Source of the DNA: a virus
Lineage: Duplodnaviria > Caudoviricetes
Strand: one strand, 5' to 3'
DNA: 54,249 nucleotides
IMG/VR virus record: IMGVR_UViG_3300049846_001989
Location: 1-54,249 of that record
The translations under genes were made by a program, and so were the position numbers. Shown here piece by piece: positions 8,911-17,742 of this stretch; positions within the stretch are counted from its first letter, which is position 1, and each line of letters opens with the position of its first letter. The notes under the pieces were generated by a model that made no database searches, was not told the origin of the DNA, and worked only from the letters and a program-made list of their open reading frames with translations.

Positions 8911-8949
8911 CGAAACCCTGGTGGCAGGGCTGCCGCGCTAGTTAGAGAT

Positions 8950-9381
8950 GTGACTACTACCCGCCCAACCGTTGACTTCGGCGTACTGACTAATGAAGCG
9001 CGTGCTGCGTGGGCGGCTAATACTTTTCAAACGGCGCAAAACCGCGGGTTTGTGGAGCGGTTTTTAAGAGACAACATAAACGGTATACCAGACCAGGAGA
9101 ACGAGAACGTGGATTCAGAAAAACCAATAACTTACATCACCATGTTGCAGCTCATGACTCCTGAGGAACTGGAAGCGTTCGACATCGCATGGGAATCTGC
9201 CGGTGGGTATAGAAGGGGCTCAAGCTTACCCCCACTCCCAGAACTCAAAGCCAGAACACCACGCAGTTTTATAGATCGAACCCTGTATTGGAGAAAAACC
9301 CCACAAGGACACGATTATTGGGACGCTCTCAGCAATAAATTAAACAAAAGGTGGCAAGATGGCCTCCGTCACATACAATAA
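8950..9381 (+). CDS. Fusion of a capsid-N-terminus-like segment and a W-x-x-TPQG paralog domain (member F)
   Basis: Residues 8-39 align ungapped to capsid residues 4-35; C-terminal part has YWRKTPQGHDYW; alternative GTG start at 9109. Confidence 0.65.
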   Translation: MTTTRPTVDFGVLTNEARAAWAANTFQTAQNRGFVERFLRDNINGIPDQENENVDSEKPITYITMLQLMTPEELEAFDIAWESAGGYRRGSSLPPLPELKARTPRSFIDRTLYWRKTPQGHDYWDALSNKLNKRWQDGLRHIQ

Positions 9382-9604
9382 TATCCACAAATTCTTGCGT
9401 AAAAGTGCCATGCAAGAGCTGGAGCTTGCGCTTATAGACTCCCGCACCGTGTTCACAGAATACACCGTCGCAGATCTCGTACGCCCGTGCGCCTCCGACT
9501 GGATCCACGATCTGTTCAACTGGGAGAGTTCACCCCAAGGGCCCTATTATTGGTTCGATACGTATCAATCCTTGCTCGAAAGAGAGGAGAAAGAATCGTG
9601 GTAA
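9359..9604 (+). CDS. Paralog family, member G
   Basis: VTYNNIHKFL...FNWESSPQGPYYW. Confidence 0.75.
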   Translation: MASVTYNNIHKFLRKSAMQELELALIDSRTVFTEYTVADLVRPCASDWIHDLFNWESSPQGPYYWFDTYQSLLEREEKESW

Positions 9605-9825
9605 CCTACGCCGATATGCACACATACCTGACTCATGAAGAAATGGAAGCGCTGGAAACGGCGCTGAGCAGTCCTGATACAAACGTTCTTGATAAACCTC
9701 TGCCAGAATTTAAAAGAAACTGTGCATCATCGTGGTTATTCTGGTTTTTTAACTGGGGGTCTTCTCCACAAGGACACAACTACTGGAGTAGCGTACACAA
9801 GCGCTTGGAACGGGAAAAGGTATGA
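9598..9825 (+). CDS. Paralog family, member H
   Basis: VTYADMHTYLTHEEMEAL...FNWGSSPQGHNYW; GAGGA RBS. Confidence 0.75.
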   Translation: MVTYADMHTYLTHEEMEALETALSSPDTNVLDKPLPEFKRNCASSWLFWFFNWGSSPQGHNYWSSVHKRLEREKV

Positions 9826-11690
9826 CAATCGAAATCCGTAACCGCGAATACCAGATCGTCACTCTCGATTTCGAGACGTACTACGACACTGCCAAGGTGT
9901 ATTCACTCAAGAGCCCGTTCCTGAACCTGTCAGAGTACGTCCGGCACGAGCTGTTCAAGGCGCATGGTGTGGGGATCAAGATCGAGCAGGGCAAGACGCG
10001 CTGGTATACTGGCGCGAAGGCTGAAAAGGAAATCCAGAAAATCGACTGGGACAACACAGCACTTCTGTGCCACAACACCTATTTCGACGGCTTCATCCTG
10101 CACGAACACTACGGCGTGCACCCGGGCTTCTACATGGATACCATGTGCATGGCCCTGGCCGCCCACGGAGCTAACTCCAAGGTAGGCCTGGACTTCCTGG
10201 CCCGGCTCCACGGACTGAGCGGCAAGACCAAGGCGCACGCGCTGGTCAACACACTCGGCAAGCGCGACCTGTCGAAGGAAGAACTCAAGGCGCTGGGCGA
10301 GTACTGCGCCGACGATTGTGACGACACGTACGCGCTGTTCCATAAACTGTACACTTACGTGCCAGACGACGAGCTGCGCCTGATCGACCTGACGCTGCGC
10401 ATGTTCTGCGATCCCGTTATCTACCTTGACGAAGCCAGATGCCGGGCAGAGTATGACCGCGAAGTGCGGGAGAAACAGGAGGCGATCGAGTTCGTCAAGG
10501 AACTGTGTACTGTCACCGAGCTGCAGAGCAATGAGAAATTCGCTGATCTGCTCCGGGCGCAAGGCGTGGAACCGCCGATGAAGATCAGCCTGACTACACA
10601 GAAACCGACGTACGCCTTCGCCAAGACAGATTTCGATTTCGTGGACCTCATGGAAAACGGCACTCCAGTGGTCCAAGCGCTGTGTAATGCCCGGGTCCGA
10701 AATAAAACAACAACGAACGAGACCCGGGCATTGCGCTTCCTCGAAGCAGGCAAATGTGGCGCGCCTATTCCTGTGTACCTGAAATACTGCGGCGCCCACA
10801 CGTTCAGGTGGAGTGGCGGCAACAAGCTCAACCTCCAGAACCTGATGCGCGGTGGCGAGTTGCGCCGTTCACTACTAGCCCCGCCCGGTTATCGCCTGGT
10901 TGTAGCAGACAGTGCCCAGATTGAAGCCCGTACACTCGCGTGGCTGTCCGGCGAGCACGCCATTATCGAAGCGTTCGCTAACAAGCGCGACGTTTACAAG
11001 ATGATGGCCTCGGCGATTTACAACGTCCCGGAAGACCAGGTTGACAAGGAGCAGCGCTTCGTAGGTAAGGTCTGCGTTCTCGGCCTCGGGTACGGGATGG
11101 GGGGCAGCAAGCTGAACGACACACTGGCCAAAGGTGCCATGGGGCCGAAAGTCGTACTACCTACCGAAGAAACCACACGTATCGTCGCTGCGTACCGGGC
11201 TGCCAATAAGGCGATCGTCGGTATGTGGCGCCGCGCTGAAGAAATTCTGATTGACATGATTCTCGGCAATACCGGCTCGTACGGCCCGCTTACATGGGGC
11301 AAGGGCTTCATCAAGATGCCCAACGGGCTCTTCATGCAGTACGCCAACCTGAGCGGAGAAATCCGTTACGACCGTAGCGGTCGTGCGCGGTTGAGTGACG
11401 CGTGGTACGAAGGTAAACGCGGTGTCAAGACCTACATTTACGGTGGGTCTGCCACAGAAAACTGGGTCCAGAGCCTAGCACGGTGTATCGTAGCTGGTCA
11501 GATGTTGACGATCAGTGAGCGCTACCGTGTAGTCACCATGTCACACGACGAAATCGTATGCCTGGCCAAAGAGGACGAAGCCGATGAGTGCTTGCGCTTC
11601 ATGATCGAGACCATGTCAACTGCGCCACCTTGGGCCGAAGGCCTACCACTCGCGGCAGAAGGAGGCCACGATGTCTGTTACTCGAAGTGA
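9822..11690 (+). CDS. DNA polymerase, family A, with 3'-5' exonuclease
   Basis: Exo I LDFET; RWSGG.KLNLQNL; motif A DSAQIEAR; motif B R..GK..VLGLGYG; motif C HDEIV. Confidence 0.95.
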   Translation: MTIEIRNREYQIVTLDFETYYDTAKVYSLKSPFLNLSEYVRHELFKAHGVGIKIEQGKTRWYTGAKAEKEIQKIDWDNTALLCHNTYFDGFILHEHYGVHPGFYMDTMCMALAAHGANSKVGLDFLARLHGLSGKTKAHALVNTLGKRDLSKEELKALGEYCADDCDDTYALFHKLYTYVPDDELRLIDLTLRMFCDPVIYLDEARCRAEYDREVREKQEAIEFVKELCTVTELQSNEKFADLLRAQGVEPPMKISLTTQKPTYAFAKTDFDFVDLMENGTPVVQALCNARVRNKTTTNETRALRFLEAGKCGAPIPVYLKYCGAHTFRWSGGNKLNLQNLMRGGELRRSLLAPPGYRLVVADSAQIEARTLAWLSGEHAIIEAFANKRDVYKMMASAIYNVPEDQVDKEQRFVGKVCVLGLGYGMGGSKLNDTLAKGAMGPKVVLPTEETTRIVAAYRAANKAIVGMWRRAEEILIDMILGNTGSYGPLTWGKGFIKMPNGLFMQYANLSGEIRYDRSGRARLSDAWYEGKRGVKTYIYGGSATENWVQSLARCIVAGQMLTISERYRVVTMSHDEIVCLAKEDEADECLRFMIETMSTAPPWAEGLPLAAEGGHDVCYSK

Positions 11691-11895
11691 AATCCAACTC
11701 GACCTGTTCGAAGGCATGTACCGCACTCCTTGTGGCGAAGTTATTCGCGGCGAGGAGCAGGCGCACGTGCACCTGAAAGACTGCCCGAATAACGAGTGCT
11801 CCAAGCTGGCCTACTTGGCCAAGATCTGCCGTATAGGCGAGCACGGCTTTTCCTATATCCCCGTTTTGGAGAAGGTCAATGCTGATACGAAATAG
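11671..11895 (+). CDS. Small Cys/His-rich hypothetical protein
   Basis: AGGAGG RBS; PCG...H...CPNNEC. Confidence 0.6.
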   Translation: MSVTRSEIQLDLFEGMYRTPCGEVIRGEEQAHVHLKDCPNNECSKLAYLAKICRIGEHGFSYIPVLEKVNADTK

Positions 11896-12151
11896 GAGCC
11901 AGGCGCTAGTCGTCCTGAAGCTGCCCGAAGATGCCGAGGATGCGGTGATCAAGGCACACTGCAAGAAGCTGCTGATGGACAACCACCCCGATAAGGGCGG
12001 TGATGTAGAAGTGTTCATGCAGGTATGCCGTGCACGCGATTTCCTGCTGCGCAAGGTGTGCCCGCTGTGTGAAGGGTCCGGGATTATCCGTACCAAGATG
12101 GGGCGGATGACACAGGTCAATGAGTGTAGTTGTATGAAGAGGGGTGGGTGA
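11879..12151 (+). CDS. J-domain protein with a DnaJ-type Zn-finger segment
   Basis: NHPDKGG followed by CPLCEGSG...CSC. Confidence 0.8.
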   Translation: MLIRNRSQALVVLKLPEDAEDAVIKAHCKKLLMDNHPDKGGDVEVFMQVCRARDFLLRKVCPLCEGSGIIRTKMGRMTQVNECSCMKRGG

Positions 12152-12513
12152 TGGCCGTAACCACGTTCGTAACAAACGGTATCGCTGTCGGCGATTGGGT
12201 CGGTTATAAAGGCGAGCGCTACATGTGTATGCGCATACACGAGACGGGGCTCGAGATAGACATTGAACACCCGAGAACTCGCGCGCGGTTTATAGTCGAC
12301 GCGAAGGACTGCAAACTTGTCCACACTCAAAGAACTATGTATCAGATCTTGTTCTTCACAGAGGACGGCGATGAAGATTATTACTGTTGGGCGGCGTCGC
12401 CAGCTGAAGCTGTAAAACTGTTTAAGGGAGATCATGAGAGTTTGCCGATTTACAAGGTTTTTGAAATGCGGGAAATAGACCGCGAATTGTGGGATAACCA
12501 ACCTGAGACGTGA
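12151..12513 (+). CDS. Hypothetical protein
   Basis: TGATG overlap; in operon. Confidence 0.6.
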   Translation: MAVTTFVTNGIAVGDWVGYKGERYMCMRIHETGLEIDIEHPRTRARFIVDAKDCKLVHTQRTMYQILFFTEDGDEDYYCWAASPAEAVKLFKGDHESLPIYKVFEMREIDRELWDNQPET

Positions 12514-12524
12514 AGGAGAAGAGC

Positions 12525-12905
12525 ATGCCAGAGCTTTTAACGATCAATGACAAGATCGACGCGATGTTCAAGATACGCGAAGCAGTGCGAAAAAAAGAAG
12601 GGGAAATCAAGGAGTTAAACGCGGAGCGTGAAGCGATTGAAGTCGAGCTGTTGAAGCAGATGGACGCAGAAGGAATGACCAGGGCGGCGGGTGCCAAAGC
12701 CTCCGTCACGGTTACCGAGAGTGTAAAGCCGTCCGTAGAGGACTGGGACAGCTTCTACAAATACATACATCGGATGAAATACTACCACCTACTCGAACGT
12801 AGACCCTCAGTGACAGGATGTCGTGAGTTATTTGAAAAACGTGGTAGAATACCCGGCGTTGTGCCGTTTTTACAACGTCAAATCCAGATGCGAACCAACA
12901 AATGA
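12525..12905 (+). CDS. Conserved coiled-coil phage replication-module protein
   Basis: AAGGAG RBS; V.DWDSFYKYI...LLERR...IPGV pattern typical of genes beside PolA and SSB. Confidence 0.75.
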   Translation: MPELLTINDKIDAMFKIREAVRKKEGEIKELNAEREAIEVELLKQMDAEGMTRAAGAKASVTVTESVKPSVEDWDSFYKYIHRMKYYHLLERRPSVTGCRELFEKRGRIPGVVPFLQRQIQMRTNK

Positions 12906-12916
12906 GGTAAGTCAAC

Positions 12917-13642
12917 ATGGCTAAAGCCGAACGTCCCACCGCCAGCATGCCGCTGGATATCCAAGCCCAACTCGCCGCCGAGGCAGCCCTGATCCACAAG
13001 CGTATCGCAGCCCCCACAGGCGACCGCATCCGCTATAAGAACAGTCAGGCCCTGATCGCCCCGGACGGCTCTGAAGGCGCGGAAATGGAAGTCGTCATCA
13101 TCGACTTCGTCAGTACCAACTTCTACTACGACCGCCCATACGACAAGGACGTGGTTCATCCACCTGCCTGCTTCGCCATTGGCCCTGAGCCCTCGCTGCT
13201 CGTTCCTGACGCTACCAGCCCGGTACGCCAGGCCGATACCTGCTCAGGCTGCCCGCATAACCAGTTCGGTTCTGCGATCAACGGCAAGGGCAAGGCCTGC
13301 AAGAACGGCCGTCTGGTGGCAGTAACGCCAGCCGATGCAACCGAGGGCGACGCGCCTGTGTGGATCCTGTCAGTACCGCCAGCCAGCATCAAGACTTTCG
13401 ATGCCTACGTCAGCAACCTGGCAGTGCGCAACAAGACCATCCCACTGGGCGTCAAGACCCGGGTATCCATGGACACCACCCAGCAGTACGCTACCCCGCT
13501 CTTCGACTTGATCGCACCGCTGACGGCCGAGGAACTGCCCCTCTTCATGGCTAACCGCGATGAAGCCAAGCAGCGCCTGACCACGCCTCCTGACGTGTCT
13601 GGCTACGAGCCTCCCAAAGCTGCACGCGGAGTCCGCAGATAA
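12917..13642 (+). CDS. Putative ssDNA-binding / recombination protein with a Zn site
   Basis: PACF...CSGCPHNQFGSA..GKGKACKN; position in the replication module. Confidence 0.6.
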   Translation: MAKAERPTASMPLDIQAQLAAEAALIHKRIAAPTGDRIRYKNSQALIAPDGSEGAEMEVVIIDFVSTNFYYDRPYDKDVVHPPACFAIGPEPSLLVPDATSPVRQADTCSGCPHNQFGSAINGKGKACKNGRLVAVTPADATEGDAPVWILSVPPASIKTFDAYVSNLAVRNKTIPLGVKTRVSMDTTQQYATPLFDLIAPLTAEELPLFMANRDEAKQRLTTPPDVSGYEPPKAARGVRR

Positions 13643-13651
13643 GGGGGAGTT

Positions 13652-13846
13652 ATGGCGAGGAAGCCGAGTATGATCCTCGGGCTGAAGGGGGCTGCCAAGC
13701 CCCCCGAACCCCGCAAGACCAGCCTGCAGGAAGCACAACTGGAACTCAAGAGTATCAAGCGCAAGATCAAGGCCCTGGAGAAGTCGCAGGAGAACCTGAT
13801 CAAGCGCATCAGCGTGCTGGAGGAGAGTGACCATGGCACCCCCTGA
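13652..13846 (+). CDS. Small coiled-coil hypothetical protein
   Basis: GGGGAG RBS. Confidence 0.65.
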   Translation: MARKPSMILGLKGAAKPPEPRKTSLQEAQLELKSIKRKIKALEKSQENLIKRISVLEESDHGTP

Positions 13847-14273
13847 TGAGAAAGACCCGTTCGGAACTGACCCACACGCCGCTGGTGCCAAGCTGGACCA
13901 CGGCAAGCTCCGTGCGGCCCTGGTGCTTGGGGATTTCTCCAACGCACTGACAGAAGTGTGTAAAGTCGGCACGTTCGGCGCTAGTAAGTACTCACCTTCA
14001 GGGTGGCTGGCTGTGCCTAACGCGGCCGAACGGTATGAAGACGCTATGATGCGCCACTGGCTGAAGAAATGTAGCGGTGAACATGACGACCCGGATTCCG
14101 GGCTGTCACACATGGCCCACTTTGCATGGAACGCGCTGGCTCTGATCGAGCTGGAGATACGGAACAGAAGTACCGGCCATGGAGCATGCGGGGCGATTAT
14201 TCCTATGTCAGAAGCCGAGTACGCCGCAGCAATACGTGGTTGCCCGCACCCCTCAAGTCTTGGCAAACCATGA
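13833..14273 (+). CDS. dATP/dGTP diphosphohydrolase (DUF5664-like)
   Basis: GAKLDHGK, FGASKY, DAMMRH and DPDSGLSHMAHFAWNAL motifs. Confidence 0.85.
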   Translation: MAPPDEKDPFGTDPHAAGAKLDHGKLRAALVLGDFSNALTEVCKVGTFGASKYSPSGWLAVPNAAERYEDAMMRHWLKKCSGEHDDPDSGLSHMAHFAWNALALIELEIRNRSTGHGACGAIIPMSEAEYAAAIRGCPHPSSLGKP

Positions 14274-14686
14274 GCGTAAAACCTGAAACCCGCTACATCG
14301 GGCTGATCCACAAGAAACTGCCCGGGCGCGTCTACTACGAGAAGATGCACAACCCCTACCGCTCCGGTACCGCTGACGTGTGGTACAGCGGAGTGGAAGG
14401 AGACCTGTGGGTTGAATATAAGAACATACAAGCGATACCAAAGCGAACCGTAGTCCTCCCCGATTTATCAGACCGCCAGAAGCGGTGGCTTGGAAACAGG
14501 TTGGATGAAGGGCGCAATGTAGCAGTTGTGCTTGGAACGCCAGAAGGCGGTGTTATCTATCGGGATCGTGCGTGGCTCGATCCACTTACCCCGGACGAGC
14601 TGCGAAGCCGTCTGGTCAGCAACCAACAGGTGGCTGACTGGATTTATTCACAGACCGGAGATTCCAGATGGGACACCATTCAGTAA
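14270..14686 (+). CDS. PD-(D/E)xK nuclease (VRR-NUC / Holliday resolvase-like)
   Basis: GTADV...WVEYK...LSDRQKRWL; ATGA overlap at 14270. Confidence 0.8.
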   Translation: MSVKPETRYIGLIHKKLPGRVYYEKMHNPYRSGTADVWYSGVEGDLWVEYKNIQAIPKRTVVLPDLSDRQKRWLGNRLDEGRNVAVVLGTPEGGVIYRDRAWLDPLTPDELRSRLVSNQQVADWIYSQTGDSRWDTIQ

Positions 14687-14832
14687 TACATCGCACCGCG
14701 CATTTATCGGGTGCCTTGTACAGCATAGCCTTGGCCTTGGTCACAGGCTATTTTTTATTCCAGACAATGGCCGACGACATCCGTCATCGGCGTGAACGAC
14801 GTAAAAAGGAGAAACAGAATGCTTCCGATTGA
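14668..14832 (+). CDS. Small membrane protein (54 aa, not in the ORF track)
   Basis: GGAG RBS; hydrophobic LSGALYSIALALVTGYFLF followed by a basic tail. Confidence 0.55.
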   Translation: MGHHSVIHRTAHLSGALYSIALALVTGYFLFQTMADDIRHRRERRKKEKQNASD

Positions 14833-15043
14833 TAAAGGCATCCCCATGCCAAATACGCCTGGTATCGGCGGAATCCGCAAGTACCCGTTCCACGACATGG
14901 AAATCGGTGACAGTTTCGGCTTGACCTGCAAGGAAGACGCCCGTCGTGCAGTAGCCTGCGCAGCGTCGAACACCAAGCGGACCGGTTTCAGGTTTTCTAT
15001 CCAGAAACACGGTACCGGGTGGCGCTGCTGGAGGATTGCGTGA
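14819..15043 (+). CDS. Small putative DNA-binding protein
   Basis: IDKGIPMP...KYPFHDMEIGDSF...RCWR family pattern; AAGGAG RBS. Confidence 0.7.
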   Translation: MLPIDKGIPMPNTPGIGGIRKYPFHDMEIGDSFGLTCKEDARRAVACAASNTKRTGFRFSIQKHGTGWRCWRIA

Positions 15044-15234
15044 TCTACGAAACCCCCGAAGAAAAATGCCCGCACTGTGGTGTGGAGCTTCGGGGGGACC
15101 GTATACCTGAAGACCGCAGGGAGGCCTACGGCCAGACACACTTTGGCAGGAAGATCGCGATTTATAGTCTCGAACAGGACAGAACCACCCACTACATCTG
15201 CCCCGACTGTCGGGGCGTAATACCGAGGAGATGA
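15040..15234 (+). CDS. Zinc-ribbon protein
   Basis: CPHC...CPDC; GGAGG RBS. Confidence 0.7.
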   Translation: MIYETPEEKCPHCGVELRGDRIPEDRREAYGQTHFGRKIAIYSLEQDRTTHYICPDCRGVIPRR

Positions 15235-15527
15235 TTATGGCAATTGCAATAGGCGGAGGACTTCAAAATGAAGCAACAAAACGCCCCGCAGTAGAAGAAT
15301 CGTTGTGTGAACTTGGCACAAACATCACCTATCTGGAAGAATGCGTATTATCTCTTTTGGAAAGGCTCCGTCCAATCCGGTCTAACGGCGACGCGACTTG
15401 TAAGGAGCAAACTTCACCAGTTCCGTGTGATGTTTGTATTTTATCTGGGGCTATATCAGACCAAGCGCGTCGTGTTGTGAACTTGGCGCATAGAGTTAGA
15501 GAGTGTACCGGTTCGTTGGAAATTTAA
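15231..15527 (+). CDS. Hypothetical coiled-coil protein
   Basis: GAGGAG RBS; in operon. Confidence 0.65.
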   Translation: MIMAIAIGGGLQNEATKRPAVEESLCELGTNITYLEECVLSLLERLRPIRSNGDATCKEQTSPVPCDVCILSGAISDQARRVVNLAHRVRECTGSLEI

Positions 15528-15541
15528 CTTAGGAGAAAACC

Positions 15542-15784
15542 ATGAAACTGTTATTTCAAATGAAAGAAAGTTCGCCGATCTTCGCAAGCCTTGAACAGGG
15601 TTACGTCATACAGGTCGCTGGTGTGTTCGAAGGCGACAACGACAACGTGTGGGCAGACACCCCGTACGGACGTCTCGTTATTGGCCGCGAGTTCATCGGC
15701 CCGTTCATGCTGTTCCTTGACGACGCTTTCGACCTGTCGACGCTGGCTGATCGCCCCGAAATTCTGCTCGTGAATAACGGCTAA
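15542..15784 (+). CDS. Hypothetical protein
   Basis: AGGAG RBS. Confidence 0.7.
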   Translation: MKLLFQMKESSPIFASLEQGYVIQVAGVFEGDNDNVWADTPYGRLVIGREFIGPFMLFLDDAFDLSTLADRPEILLVNNG

Positions 15785-15793
15785 GGGGGCAGT

Positions 15794-16054
15794 ATGTTTT
15801 ATGTCGTGGCTTATCTCGCCGTTAGTTTGGTTTTCTGTTTTATTCTGTCGATTTGTATGAGCCACTGGCGTAGGCAAGCCGCGTCTGATACTGCGCTGGC
15901 CCACCGGGATTTCGACGACTTGCATAGACTCTTGTTGTCGGGGGTAGCTGCCAGTGGGCAGATCCCCTGGCAATTAGAAATTATGGACGAGTTGATAGCC
16001 CGTGGGTACAGTCCGAATGCGGAGAAGCTCCTTATATGGATGGACGAACGATAA
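15794..16054 (+). CDS. Membrane-anchored hypothetical protein
   Basis: N-terminal hydrophobic helix; GGGGG RBS. Confidence 0.65.
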   Translation: MFYVVAYLAVSLVFCFILSICMSHWRRQAASDTALAHRDFDDLHRLLLSGVAASGQIPWQLEIMDELIARGYSPNAEKLLIWMDER

Positions 16055-16317
16055 ACGATTTTCGAGAAGAGTACCGGCGAAGGGTGGTAAAAACAATGTC
16101 TAATAATTTTATAAAAACCGCCGAAGTGTTTATGGACCATTTTTTTGCGTCCGGTTGCCCAGAAGAACTCCACCAGGACTTCCTACACTGGTGCGGGCTT
16201 GCTCTAGGCTTTGGACTCGGGGAAGAACTGCTAGAAACTATAAACAAAAAACGAGAGGAGTACGCTGATGTCGAATGCAGTAATGCTGGACCTGGAAACA
16301 ATGAGCACGGCGCCTAA
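16036..16317 (+). CDS. Hypothetical protein
   Basis: Fills an operon gap; start uncertain. Confidence 0.5.
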   Translation: MDGRTINDFREEYRRRVVKTMSNNFIKTAEVFMDHFFASGCPEELHQDFLHWCGLALGFGLGEELLETINKKREEYADVECSNAGPGNNEHGA

Positions 16318-16831
16318 TGCTGCAATCATCTCGATTGGAGCCGTGACGTTCGATACTATCGCCTGTACCGTAGGACCTGACAAGTTCTACCGGCGTATCG
16401 ACCTGCGCACGTGCAAAGGCGCGATGGACCCGGACACGATCCTGTGGTGGATGGGGCAGGAAGAAGCCGCACGCAAGGAGTTTACCGATAACATGGCAAG
16501 TCAGGTGCCCGAAGTACAGGCGCTGAGGGACTTCATCGCATGGTTAAACTGCTGCCCACTCGCGAAAGATTACACCCTGTGGGCTAATGGGGCGAACTTC
16601 GATCCTGTGATCGTGCGCAGTGCACTCAAGGCGCACCACATCGACTCGGGCTTCGTCCCTTACTACCGCGACCGGTGCTATCGTACGGCGATAAAACTGT
16701 TGCCCGAAGTACCTGAACCTGTTATGCCTGAGTTTGTGGCGCATAACGCGCTTCACGATGCGACGTATCAGGCGCTTCGGCTTGTAGAGGCGTTGAGAGT
16801 GCAGAGGGGTGCGTATGAAGACCGCCCTTGA
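16268..16831 (+). CDS. DEDDh 3'-5' exonuclease (exoribonuclease-like)
   Basis: MLDLET, WANGANFD, RCYRT and HNALHDA motifs. Confidence 0.9.
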   Translation: MSNAVMLDLETMSTAPNAAIISIGAVTFDTIACTVGPDKFYRRIDLRTCKGAMDPDTILWWMGQEEAARKEFTDNMASQVPEVQALRDFIAWLNCCPLAKDYTLWANGANFDPVIVRSALKAHHIDSGFVPYYRDRCYRTAIKLLPEVPEPVMPEFVAHNALHDATYQALRLVEALRVQRGAYEDRP

Positions 16832-17045
16832 TGATTTCATTGACGATGCGATCCAGGCTTTTACCGAGTCCAGCCCTGAACTGATGTTCTATGCGCGCAT
16901 GGACTATCCTACACCCCCATATGTGGCTATTAAAAACAGGAATAGTGTTCTGTTTTTGAACGCTGACACCGAAGAGCTATTCGCAAAGCGGCCGCTTCAC
17001 GAGCGCTGCAAAACTTGCGGGCAGGAAATCCATGCTTCGCGCTAG
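16815..17045 (+). CDS. Hypothetical protein
   Basis: GAGGGG RBS; C-terminal CKTCG. Confidence 0.6.
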   Translation: MKTALDDFIDDAIQAFTESSPELMFYARMDYPTPPYVAIKNRNSVLFLNADTEELFAKRPLHERCKTCGQEIHASR

Positions 17046-17190
17046 GGAACAGGCCGTGGAACGCGGGCGCAAGCGCTATGTGAGCGTGCCGTGTTCCAAA
17101 GGTCACACTGAACGATACACTTCGAACCGGTCGTGCTGCGAGTGCCAGCGCGAGCGGTTGCAGAAGAACTGGAGGAAGTATGGAAAATAA
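17032..17190 (+). CDS. Small zinc-finger protein (52 aa, not in the ORF track)
   Basis: AREQAVERGRKRYVSVPCSKGHTERYTSNRSCCEC; AGGA RBS. Confidence 0.65.
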   Translation: MLRAREQAVERGRKRYVSVPCSKGHTERYTSNRSCCECQRERLQKNWRKYGK

Positions 17191-17359
17191 ATATATTCAC
17201 GCCATCTCGTGGGAAGTCATCCGCCTTACCGAAAGGGTTATAGACGCCCCACATAAGAGGCATAAGGTAGACCGCTGGCGCAAGTTAAAGAAATATCAGG
17301 CGCGATCTGTTTTTGGCAATAAAGGGAGGAAACCCGATGTTCTGGGGAAAAAAGACTGA
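17180..17359 (+). CDS. Small basic hypothetical protein (59 aa, not in the ORF track)
   Basis: GGAGG RBS; MENKYIHAISWEVIRL... Confidence 0.55.
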   Translation: MENKYIHAISWEVIRLTERVIDAPHKRHKVDRWRKLKKYQARSVFGNKGRKPDVLGKKD

Positions 17360-17546
17360 CTATGTAACGCCCGCAGTTACTACGGTAACTACATACACCA
17401 GCAACAACACGCGTGATATACGCGTTGACACAGCCCGTCTATGTGTGGAAATGGCCTCCGCTGCGGCTGATGAGGGCGATGTCATGGCTACACGCCGGCA
17501 CTTAGCGCATGCGATGAAGACCCTGCAGGAGATGTGCAATGGCTAA
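17337..17546 (+). CDS. Hypothetical protein
   Basis: GGGAGG RBS before ATG 17337. Confidence 0.65.
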   Translation: MFWGKKTDYVTPAVTTVTTYTSNNTRDIRVDTARLCVEMASAAADEGDVMATRRHLAHAMKTLQEMCNG

Positions 17547-17742
17547 TCCTCAGCTCACCGATCAGAACTTCCTGGAAGACTTCCGCCGAGCGCTAAACGA
17601 GAGTATGCAGAAAGCGGCGGAACCGGTTATAGCCGCTGCGCTTCAGGAAGTGGAGCGCACCATGCGCAGGCGGGTGAGTGAAATCTGCTGCGATATGGTC
17701 CAAGGCGAGATTGATATGCTCAGGCAGCGGGACCGGTCGTGA
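17539..17742 (+). CDS. Hypothetical protein
   Basis: AGGAG RBS; overlap with the previous gene. Confidence 0.65.
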   Translation: MANPQLTDQNFLEDFRRALNESMQKAAEPVIAAALQEVERTMRRRVSEICCDMVQGEIDMLRQRDRS

